From NCBI RefSeq assembly GCF_004010195.1, contig NC_057718.1, forward strand, positions 74,219,604 through 74,283,603: a stretch of DNA of 64,000 bases. Direction: 5' to 3'. Positions within the stretch are counted from its first letter, which is position 1, and every line of letters starts with the position of its first letter. The stretch is from Chiloscyllium plagiosum (lineage: Eukaryota). The translations under genes were made by a program, and so were the position numbers. Shown here piece after piece: positions 37,681 through 48,154 of this stretch. The notes under the pieces are model-generated. The model worked only from the letters and a program-made list of their open reading frames with translations, did no database searches and had not been told where the DNA came from.

Positions 37681-38315
37681 GACTTGCCACCAAATTCTGG
37701 AAGAAAACTGGTGATGGACAATAAATACTGTCTCAACCAGTGATTCCCATGACTTAAAAACAAAAAAAAGTCCAAATTTACTTCTGTTCCCTCTGTACTG
37801 TCCATATGGTGTTCCATAGAATAATGCACGGGTGTTTCTAAAGCCAGTGACTTTGGTCCTCCATTCATAATAACTATTCTGCATTTAATATATTTGCTCA
37901 TTCCATCACTCCCATCTTGCCCACAGAACAATCATTTAAAACTTTCCCCTCAGTTATAAGTAGTCATTTATTTTAATAGCGCAAAAGTCATTAAATTACT
38001 TGAACAATTTAAATGAGTTTGACAGGCATTCTGTATTGTTAATAGTGAATTGATAATAAACTCAATGATTTGAAACCGACTCCTTCTCTGACTTTATCTT
38101 AGGCTTCCTTTATTCATGTATCTCTCAAATTAATTTGTAGCAAGAAGTACTTCTCATTTGTAAAACATTATTTTCTGTATTTGACAACTTGTCTATGATA
38201 GATCTTTACTGGATTTATCCTTTTAAATGTTACTGGAATCTAATTGCAGAGTCCACCATCCTCCTATATTCTTACTTCTTTTTTGGTTTGGACAGGCTTG
38301 TGAAGGATACAGGAC

Positions 38316-38347
38316 AAGAGTTAAGTTAAGATCTTAACTTAACTCTT
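38316..38347. repeat. Perfect 32-bp palindrome
   Basis: aagagttaagttaagatcttaacttaactctt equals its own reverse complement. Confidence 0.95.
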
Positions 38348-38579
38348 AAGTTAAGATCTTAAACTTTCACGGAAAGTTCTCTACGAGTTGCACTGTCGCT
38401 TAGCTATCCTTCACAGGATTAATTGTAATCTAATTTTATATCTTCCCTTAGCGATCACTTCATTTTGGGTGAGAAATTGTTGCACACAGTATCATAGTGT
38501 GTAGAACTTTCCCTGTCTTTCATTTTTCATTAACAACCATCAAATGTTTTGTTTTTCCTTATTGTGATATATCATCCTG

Positions 38580-39325
38580 TTCAGCTGTAGCTCACTTGGT
38601 GTCCCTCTAATCTCTAGCCTGTAGATTTGAGTTCAAGTTCCACCCCAGAACTGGAGCACAAAGATTAGTGTTGACACCCAAATGTAGTACAAGGTACTAA
38701 GGGAATGCTGCACTGTTAGGTGTGTCCTCTATCAGATGTGATAATGAACTGAGTCTATATCTGCTCGCTCAAATGGAAATGAAAAATCCCACAGCACTTT
38801 TGAAGAACAGCAGATGAGTTATCACTTATGTTCTGACTAATAGTTATTCCTCAATTAACATCACAAAACAAATCTTATCATTGGGTGGCACTGTGGCTCA
38901 GTGGTTAGTACTGCTGCCTCACAGCGCCAAGGACCTGGGTTTGATTCCGCCTTAGGCAGCTCTCTGGAATTGCATGTTCATCCTGTGTCGGCATGGGTTT
39001 CCTCTCACAGTCAAAATATAAGCAGATTAGGTGGATTGTCTACAGTGTTCAGGGATGTGTTAAGCTAGGTGGATTAGTCATAATAAATGTGGGGTTGTGG
39101 GGGATTGGGTCGGTGAATGCTCTTTTCAGTGTCAATATGGGCTGAATGGCCTCTTTCTGCACTGTAGGGATTCCGTGATCTTATGATTATCAAATTGCTG
39201 CTTCTGTGAACATCATATAAACAGGCTGCCTTGGGACTTACAGCAGTGGCTGAATTTTAAAAAGTTGGCAGCAACATATTTGGTAATGTTAGTGGCTGTG
39301 TAAAGTGCTATATTGATGCAAGTCT
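38580..39325 (+). mobile_element. DeuSINE (SacSINE1-like) interrupted by a V-SINE (38883-39178, +)
   Basis: tRNA-like head (gagttcaagttcc). Deu-domain-like aaaatcccacagcacttttgaagaacagcag...tattcctcaattaacatcac. 3' aaagtgctatattgatgcaagt. The nested SINE has A box tggctcagtgg. Confidence 0.7.
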
Positions 39326-39939
39326 ACTTTTGCTCAATACTATAGCATGCATCAAACAAGCTGTATGTTAAGAATACTGACAGCCTATTACTGACACACA
39401 GAGTGTGAATATTTGCCAATAACTGCTTTGTAAATCACTTTTTCAGGTTGACAATTATTGCCCAGACCGAAAGGTACTGGGTCAAACTCCAGTGGAAATT
39501 AATCTTTGCATCTTGTTTATTAGTGATTATAGTTATGACTTAGAAAAGTGAATGCAACAAACCAATCAATCATTTATATTTATCATAACACAAGAGAGGA
39601 GAATTCCATATGACCCAATGATAAGGGTTCAACTCACTTAATCTTGAACTTTATTAATATTGCAGGGAAGTAAGCATGGTTAAAATTCTGCTACACACTA
39701 TTTTGAGTGCACTGATAACTGTATTCATGCCATATTCTTATTTTCTAAATGGTTTGGCAACTTAGTTAAGTAGATCACATGTGAAATTAATAATAATGTG
39801 ACCATTATTGGATGCTGTGAACAACAAAAGGAAGATTTGCAAATTTGTTGGTCATTGCTTCCAGAGTCAATGTAGGCTTTTTCTAATTTTAAAATTTGAT
39901 TTAGCAAATTAGCTTATAAATTCAGGCCAGTGAGGTCAG

Positions 39940-42900
39940 TGATAAAAAGAAACTTGAGCAAGTTGGATAAAATACTGGGTGAGGGATAAGAAACAGAAAG
40001 TAATAGTTAAAGGATATCTTTCAGGCTAAAATGTTTGACGTGGAATGGCCCAGGGGTTAGTATTGAGATCCGTGCACTTCTACATATACCAATAAATGGT
40101 CTACATCTTGGTGCACAGGAGACAATTTCAAGGTTTGTAGACAACACAAAATTTGCCTGAATTGTAAATTGTGAGGAGGATAGTGAGACTTCAAAGCGAT
40201 GTTGACAAGTTTGTGGAGTGCAAGATTGGGTGACAAGTGAAGTTCAATGCGGAGAAGTGTGAGGTGATACATTTTGACACAACAGTCAGGGACAGCCAGT
40301 ATTAAACAAAGGGTATTATTCTAAAGGGTGCATAAGAGCAGAGGGGTATTGATGAACTGGGTATGATGCTCTAGTTAGACCTTAGTTGAAATATTGTGTA
40401 CAGTTCTGGATGCCGCACAATAGGAAGGATGTGCTGCAATGGTTTATATGAATGGTTCCAGGGATGGAGCTTGAATTATGAAGGAAAACTAGAGAAGTTG
40501 AGACTGTTTTCTTTGGTGAGGAGTAGGTGAAGAGAAGATAAGATCAAAGATTTCAATATCATGAGGGATCTGGATAGAATAGATAGGAAGGAGCTATTTC
40601 CACTTGTAAAAAGATTGAGAACCAGAAAGCTCAGACATAAAATTTTTCAAAAGAAGCAAATGCAAGATGAGAAAAAAAATCACAATTCTGTAGTTAGGAT
40701 CTGGAATGCACTGTTTGGACACGTGATGGTTCACTTAAGGAATTCACAAGGATGCTGGATAAATATTTAGCCAACGTGGAAACAATGCGCAGCGTTATGG
40801 GGAAAAGGCAGAATTAAAAAGCTCAGAGTGCCGACGCATTCACATGAACCCATTTTCTAAAACATTCAGTCACAGCATGTGGGTGTCACTGGCTAGGCCA
40901 ATATTTATTGCCCATTTCTAATTGTCTACATGGCAGTTAAAAGCCATATAATCCCTAAATTGTGGAATGAGGCCATTCAGCCCATTGTGTTCACACCAAC
41001 CCTCTAAAGAGCTTCCCACCCCCTACCCCTGTAACCATGCATTTCCCATGGCTAACCCACCTTGCCTGTGCATCCCTGGGCACTACGGACAATTTAGCAT
41101 AGCCAATTCACCTAACCTGCACATCTCTAGACTTTGGGAAGAAAGTGGAACACCTGGAAGAAACCCACACAGACACAGGGAAAATGTGCAAACTCCACAC
41201 AGACAGTCACCTGAGTGTGGAAACAAACCTGCGTCCCTTGCTCTGTGAGACAGCAGTGCTGACCACTGAGTCACCATTTTGCCACATTCCCATTGCTGTG
41301 AGTCTGGAGTCAAATGAAGGACAGACCAGGTAAGGGCGGCAATTTCCTTCCCTAAAGAACATTAGTGATTCAGATATTTGGGTTTCATGACCATCATAAA
41401 ACATAGAATAGTACAGCATAGTAGAGGCCCTTTGGCCCTCAATGTTGTTCCGACCTTTTATCCTACCCTAAGGTCAAACTAAACTGCATACCCATCATTT
41501 TACTACCATCCATGTGCCTATCCAAGTGTCGCTTAAATGTCCCTAATGTATCTGACTCTACCGCTGGCAGTGCATTCCATGCACTCTGTGTAAAAAAAAC
41601 GATCTCTGACATCTCCCCTAAATCTTCATCCAATCACCTTAAAATTATGCTCCCTTGTGTTAGCCATTTCTGCCCTGGTAGTTCTGCCTCATCATCTTGT
41701 ACACCTCTATCAAGTCACCTCTCATCCTTCTTCTTTCCAATGAGAAAAGCCCTACCTCCCTGAACCTTTCTTCATAAGACATGCCCTCCAGTCCAGGCAG
41801 CATCTTGGTAAAGCTCCTCTGCACCATCCATATAATGAGGCAAACAGAACTGACCACAATATTCCAAGTGTGGTCGAACCAGGGTTTTATACAGCTGCAG
41901 CATAAGCTTGTGGCTCTTAAATCCAATGTCCTGCTAATAAAAACGAACACACCATGCGCCTTCTTAACAACCCTATTAACTTGGGTGGCAACTTTGAGGG
42001 ATCTATGGAACTGGACCCCAAGATCCCTTTGTTCCTCTACACTGTCAAGAATCCTGCCTTTAACCCTGTATTCTGTTTTCAAATTCGATTTTCCAAAATG
42101 AATCACTTCCCACTTTTCTAGGTTGAACATTCCAGAAAGTTTATTAAATTCAAATTCCACCATCTGCGATAGCAACATTCAAATCCAGACCTCCAGGACA
42201 TCATCTGGGTCTCTTGATTAATAATCCAATGACCCACTAGGCCATCACTTCCCCTCTCCCCAAATCATTCTCCCTTATTCTGTAATTCTATGACCTATAA
42301 TACTTAATGTACTCTTACAAAATCTTTCTGAGAACTTGATTCAGCAACACTCTTATCAAAGGGACTCGTGAATTCAGACAATTGAATTGTGATTCATTCG
42401 CATTTTATCAAAGTCAGTTTGTCATGAGTGTGATATTTTGAGCTGTGATAGGTACTCAAACGTATGGCATGCACTAAAATCAAAAATGTTACGTACAAAT
42501 AGTATAATACAATGTATCATCTGCATATGTTATAAAACACATAAGGAAGGTTATGGGACATTTGTACAAATATTATGTCAGATTTTTACTAACAGGGGAA
42601 GGAAGGGATGGTTCTGGCACAACTGCCCAAAAAGGTAATGAAGAAACCAACAGGGAGAGTTTCTGAGGGGTTCTACCCAACCTCTTTCATTACTTTGGTT
42701 GATTCGTGTAAATCATGGCTTCTTGTGGGATGTTTTACTCATCTTCTGCTGGGATTATGCTCAAAGATTGGGAGAACACCTCTATCCAAACCCCCCCCCC
42801 CCCATAAATTTTAGGTGACCACCCCTTTTAAAATGCTGTGCTTCCATTTATGTTGCTACATTGCCACCGATCTTCATGTCATCGACAAATATGAAATTAT

Positions 42901-44195
42901 GATTTTCTATCCCATCAGCTAAGCCTTAAATAAATATGACAAATATTTGAAGCCCCTACATTGATCCTTGCAGCACACCATTGGACACATCCTTCTAATT
43001 TAGATACCTGTACATTATCTTTGCTGTCTTCTGACATAGCCAATGTCCTAACCACGTCAGTAATTTTATGAGCTTCATTAAGCTAATAGTCTTTAATGAG
43101 GAACTTTATCAGATGCCTTTTGGACATCCATATATAAGTCAGTTATTAGCCACATATCACTCCTTAAAAATCAGCGTACTCCTTTCCGTCTTACAGATGC
43201 ATGATATTGTATGTAAAGTTTTCCACTCCTATCTGCACTTCAATACATTCCTCACAGTTTCTAACATTTTAATGGGTCTGTAATGGGCAGTGGAGATTTT
43301 GTAACAGTTGGTTGAAAGGGCTTCTCCCACTAAGCATTTACCACAAGCTCTGTATTTGTAGGGGCTTATGGATTTGCACTAATATCATTAGAAGACTGCA
43401 GGCATGCAGACTGAACTCTGATGGTTGTCAATGCGCTGCACAGTTTAGCCAATTAAATGTTAACCATGGATCCAGAAGAGTGCAGGTTCATAGCTCCTTG
43501 AAAATGGAATCACAGGTAGATAGGATAGTGAAGAAGGCATTTGGCATGCCTTCCTTTATTGGACAGAGCACTGGATATAGGAGTTAGGAGGTCATGTTGC
43601 AGCTGTACAGGGAGAAAGTGAGGGCTGCAGATGCTGGAGATCAGAGCTGAAAATGTGTTGCTGGAAAAGCGCAGCAGGGCAGGCAGCATCCAAGGAACAG
43701 GAGAATCGACGTTTCGGGCATAAGCCCTGAAGATTTACAAGGACGTTACCAGGCTTGGAGGGTTTGAGCTACAGGGAGAGGCTGAATAGGCTGGGATGAG
43801 TTTCCCTGGAGTGTCAGAGGCTGAGGGGTGACCTTATAGAGGTTTATAAAATCATGGGAGACATGGATAGGGTAATTAGACAAAGTCTTTTCCTTGGGAT
43901 GAGAGAGTCCAGAATAGAGGGCATAGGTTTAGGGTGAGAGGGGAAACATTTAAAAGGGACTTAAGGGACAGTTTTTTTTCACTCAGAGGGTGATGTGTGT
44001 ATGATAAGCTGCCAGAGGAAGTGGTGGAGGCTGGTAAAATTACAACATTTAAAATGCACAAAGATGGATACACGAATAGGTAGGGTTTAGGGGGATATGG
44101 GCCAAGTGCTGGCAAATGGCACTAGATTAGGTTATCTGATCGGCATGGCCGAGTTGGACAGAAAGGTCTGTTTTTGTGCCGTACATCTCTATGAG
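39940..44195. mobile_element. CR1 fragments (39940-40820 +, 41395-42135 -, 42800-43200 -, 43478-44195 +) and a V-SINE (about 40960-41285, -)
   Basis: CR1 RT and 3' motifs in ORFs 40561, 41660 and 43312. SINE A box and V-domain on the minus strand. Confidence 0.82.
43610..43728 (-). mobile_element. Single-arm PLE-derived insertion inside CR1
   Basis: ggagaaagtgagggctgcagatgctggagatcagag...gacgtttcgggcataagccc. Truncated just before the CUGANGA box. Confidence 0.85.
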
Positions 44196-44217
44196 TGTAA
44201 CAGCATACAATTTATCC

Positions 44218-44605
44218 CTGACACCCCAGTGGGGTTGTTACACTGCTGGAGTTTCTATCTTTTGGACAGGACATTAAACCAAGGCCCCATCCCTACTTTG
44301 TAAGCGGGCAGAAAATAGTATATTCTGGATCAGTGGTGCCGGAAGAGTACAGCAATTCAGGCAGCATCCGACCAGCAGCAAAATGTCAGTCTTTAAAGAA
44401 GAACAGGAAAGGTCTCCGTGGACTTCTAGTCAACATTCATGACTCCACCAACGTTCAGAACCGTATTACCAGTTGCTATTTGTGGGAGTTTGCTGCGTGC
44501 ACCCTGAATGCTTTGTATCCTGCTTAAGTACACTTTAAAAATACATCGTCGACTGTAAAGTCCTTTGGGATGCTTTGAGATTGTTAAATAGAACATAAAT
44601 GCATT
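44218..44605 (+). mobile_element. DeuSINE-like element close to nt5e exon 1, with a small PLE fragment inserted (about 44325-44385)
   Basis: gacattaaaccaaggcccc...aagaagaacagg...ttgctatttgtgggagtttgctgcgtgca...gtaaagtcctttgggatg resembles the Deu domain and 3' tail. Confidence 0.65.
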
Positions 44606-44742
44606 TTTTTTTGTATCTCTGGAAAGGAAATGAAAAACAAAAGTTTGCTTAATATTTGATTGCAAAACTACTCTGTACATGGAGAAGGTACACTTTTACA
44701 ATGGTTTTAGCCGGTATAGCCAGCACAGTAGTACGTTCTTAC

Positions 44743-45069
44743 CATTGCATTGTATCCCAGCTCGTTCATGAAGTGGGCTGCCTCGGCACCCTTGTAATAA
44801 TTGAACCATATGGTTCCCTGGTACTGATCCCCTGCATCCAGCAGCAGGACATTCTTCTCCTTCTCCTTGATTTGGCGGATTGCTGTCAATCTCCTGGCCA
44901 CGCCTGCGTAGCAGTTGGAAGCACACATGCTCGAATCCACGCTGGTCTCCTCCACTCTGCCGTGTACATCATTAGTGTGAAGAATCGTGAGATCGAAGGA
45001 AGAAGTGCGTGTGATGCAGAAGACGGTCAGCAGCCAGAGACACAGGAGCAGAGCACAGGGACAGCCCAT
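44743..45069 (-). CDS. nt5e: Ecto-5'-nucleotidase (CD73-like), coding exon 1: signal peptide plus start of the metallophosphoesterase domain
   Basis: Translates MGCPCALLLCLWLLTVFCITRTSS-FDLTILHTNDVHGRVEE...LLLDAGDQYQGTIWFNYYKGAEAAHFMNELGYNAM, with the NDVH and DAGD metal-binding motifs. Strong Kozak context (actATGG). Ends ATG|gtaaga, a phase-0 donor. 327 nt. Confidence 0.96.
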
Positions 45070-45300
45070 AGTAAGCGAGCGTTAGTCTAGCGTGCTGCTG
45101 CTCCACCGAGATTAAATGAAGTTGAACCCTGAAGTCTCCGCTGCATATAAGCGGTAGGCGGAGCATTTTTTCACTTTAGGTCATACTTACTAACAAACGT
45201 AAAACGTACGGGAGTTCATTATTGGCTCCAAAGCTTCACGTTTTCTGCAGAAATTTGAGAACATTTGTTGGCAAAATAACGTTTCGTTTTTAGTGTGCAC
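45070..45300 (-). promoter_or_regulatory. Probable 5'UTR and proximal promoter of nt5e
   Basis: Non-repetitive and locally CpG-enriched sequence immediately 5' of the ATG. Weak TATA-like CTTATATG at about 45143-45150 and a GC-box-like GGCGGAG at about 45157-45163. The transcription start is not determinable from sequence. Confidence 0.5.
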
Positions 45301-45789
45301 ATGTTAAAATATTTGCTTTCTCCCACCATTCAAGCGTGCCTGGAAGTTTTCCTAAGTCACTAATTTAATATTGAGCTCTGACTGTGGTGGTAGCACTGAC
45401 TTGAAGGTTCTGATGCTGTTCTGAACACTTGAACACACAGACCAAGCTCACTTTCTACTCCAGACCCTTCGATTCGAAGATCATCATTGCTGAAGTGTTG
45501 TCGGAAGATACACATGGAAGTTCCTTTCGGCTGACTCACAAGAATTGTTTGCGTTGGGAAAGTTTTCAAACATTCCCACCTCTCAGTTTGAGTTGGTATA
45601 GCTGGAGGATTCCGAACTGTATTTGTGTGCTGATGAAACTTGGACATCACTGACGTGGCCACTGCATTCCTTAAGGTGTAAGGACACCCACAGTGCTTTA
45701 GCAAGGTCTAGGAGCTTTGATGGGGCGACAGTGAAGGAATGGCAGTACATTTCCGAGTTAAAATGTGTGATCACTTTCTTATCATTCTG

Positions 45790-45940
45790 ACCTTTTCCTC
45801 ACCCATAACCGTCCCCACCCAACTTTTATCTGCACTCCCACCCCCACCTCCAGTCCTGAAGAAGGGCTACGCCCGAAACGTCTCCTTCTCCATCTCCTGA
45901 TGCTGCCTGGCTTGCTGAGTTCCTCCAGTGCCTTCCTGCG
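45790..45940 (+). mobile_element. PLE pseudo-LTR-type fragment with intact HHR core, about 0.8 kb upstream of the nt5e ATG
   Basis: CTGAAGA agggc tac gccc GAAA cGTC at 45856-45882, followed by ...ctgatgctgcctggcttgctg. Confidence 0.75.
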
Positions 45941-46099
45941 ACTTGGAGAGCAACCTGGAGATCATTCAACACAACAGTGAGAGAGAAGGCAACAAGAGGA
46001 TATACTGTACTATAGCCCAGGATCAGGGGTCTAGCACTTCACCTTCAGTACAGCAGGGAGAGAAGAAGCAGCAAGAGCTTATATTGAGTTTAAAAAAAA

Positions 46100-47400
46100 A
46101 ACCAAAAGGGCTGCAGATGCTGGAAATCAGAAACAAAAACAGGAATTGCTGAAAACAAAAACCTCAGCAGGTCTGGCAGTATCTGTGGAGAGAAAGCAGA
46201 AATAACGTTTTGAGTCCAGTGACCTTCCTTGAGAACAGGTTCCTTAGTTCTGAAGAAGGGTCACTAGACCTGATCCTGGGCTTCAATACATCCTCTTGCT
46301 GCCTCCTCTCTCACTGCTGTGTTCAACCACTGGCAAGTTACACCTCAACGATTGCAGTGCCTCATGAGTGATGCCCACATCCCATCAACACATAAATAGA
46401 GGTTGGAATCCTTCAACTGCATCACCTCTAACTGAGAGATGGCAATGTTTTCAAACTTCCCCAATGTAAACCATACCATATAGTCAGAGTCATAGTGACG
46501 TACAGACCCTTCAGTCCAAATCGTCCATGCCGACTAGATATCCTAGATAAATCTAGTCCCATTTACCAGTATTTGGCCCACATCCCTCGAAACCCTTTCT
46601 ATTATAAACCCATCCAGATGCCTTTGAAATGTTGCAATTGTGCCAGTTCCACCACTTCCTCTGGCAGCTCATTCCGTATACATACCGCCCATTGCCCCTC
46701 ATGTCTTTTTTCAATCTTTCCCCTCTCACCTTAAACCTATGCCCTCTAGTTCTGGAATCCCCCCACCCCAGGCAAATGACCTTATCTGTTTATCCTATCC
46801 ATGCTCATCATGGTTTTACAAACCTCTATAACGTCACCACTCAGCCTCCAGGGAAAATAGCCTCAGCCTATTCAGCCTCTCCCTATAGTTCAAACCTCGG
46901 CAACATCTTTGTAAATCTTTTCTGAATTCTTTCAAGTTTTAGAATATCTTTCCTACAGCAGGGAGACCAGAATTGCACACAATATTCCAAAAGTGTCCTA
47001 ACCAATGTCCTGTACAGCCGCAAAATGAGCTCCCAACTCCTATACTCAATGCACTGTCTAATAAAGGAAAGCATACCAAATGCCTTCATCACTGTCCTCT
47101 TTACCTGCGACTCCACTTTCAAGGAACTATGAACCTGCACTCCAAGGTCTCTTTGTTCAGCAACACTCTCCAGGATCTTACCATTAAGTGTATATGTCCT
47201 GCCCTGAATAGCCTTTTCAAAATGCAGTACCTCACATTCATCTAAATTAAACGCCATCCAGTTATATGGACCTTCCACATGAGTCTTCCAACAACAATTC
47301 AGCAATGATGATGTTCTAATCGAAGGTCTGGAGTGTTAATTTTGCTTTCTCTCTACAGGTGCTGACATACCTGCTTGGTTTTTCCAGCAATTTCTGTTTT
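46100..47400. mobile_element. Old PLE hairpin split by an inverted copy of local DNA and a CR1 (46478-47259, -)
   Basis: Left arm at 46100-46235 (-). The right arm begins gttCTGAAGAagggtcactagacc (46247-46270) and resumes gttaattttgctttctctc...ccagcaatttctgtttt (47335-47400). tatattgag is duplicated at 46080-46088 and 47408-47416. Confidence 0.7.
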
Positions 47401-47430
47401 CTAAGACTATATTGAGGTTCATGATTGGGG

Positions 47431-47964
47431 AAAGTGAGGACTGCAGATGCTGGAGATCAGAGCTGAAAATGTGTTGCTGGAAAAGCGCAGCAGGTCAGGG
47501 AGCATCCAAGGAGCAGGTGAATCGACGTTTTGGGCATGAGCCCTTCTTCAGGAATGAGGAGAGTGTGCCATGCAGGNNNNNNNNNNNNNNNNNNNNNNNN
47601 NNNNNNNNNNNNNNNNNNNNNNNNNNNNNNNNNNNNNNNNNNNNNNNNNNNNNNNNNNNNNNNNNNNNNNNNNNNNNNNNNNNNNNNNNNNNNNNNNNNN
47701 NNNNNNNNNNNNNNNNNNNNNNNNNNNNNNNNNNNNNNNNNNNNNNNNNNNNNNNNNNNNNNNNNNNNNNNNNNNNNNNNNNNNNNNNNNNNNNNNNNNN
47801 NNNNNNNNACGCCCCTCCCCCAAGTCCCTCCTCCCTACCTTTTATCTTAGCCTGCTTGGCACACTCTCCTCATTCCTGAAGAAGGGCTCATGCCCGAAAC
47901 GTCGATTCTCCTGCTTCTTGGATGCTGCCTGACCTGCTGCGCTTTTCCAGCAACACATTTTCAG
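47431..47964. mobile_element. PLE-derived hairpin insertion with HHR and 14-bp TSD; centre is an assembly gap
   Basis: Inverted arms on either side of the N run. CTGAAGA agggc tcat gccc GAAA cGTC at 47876-47903. TSD gttcatgattgggg at 47417-47430 and 47964-47977. Confidence 0.9.
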
Positions 47965-48154
47965 TTCATGATTGGGGGCCCAGCACTTAACTTTCACAGA
48001 GCAGAGAGGAAGAAGACAGCAAGAGGCCTTTACTAATGGCAATTAAGAGTTAACCACCTTGCTGTGAATCTGGAGTCATTATCAGGCCAGACCAGGCAAG
48101 GATGACAGATTTCCTTCCCTAAAGGACATTAGTGAATTAAAAAGGTTTTTGAGT

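Noticed and set aside
44656..45090. 144-aa antisense ORF over exon 1
   Set aside because: Shadow of the nt5e coding frame, with a non-ATG start and no recognisable motifs.
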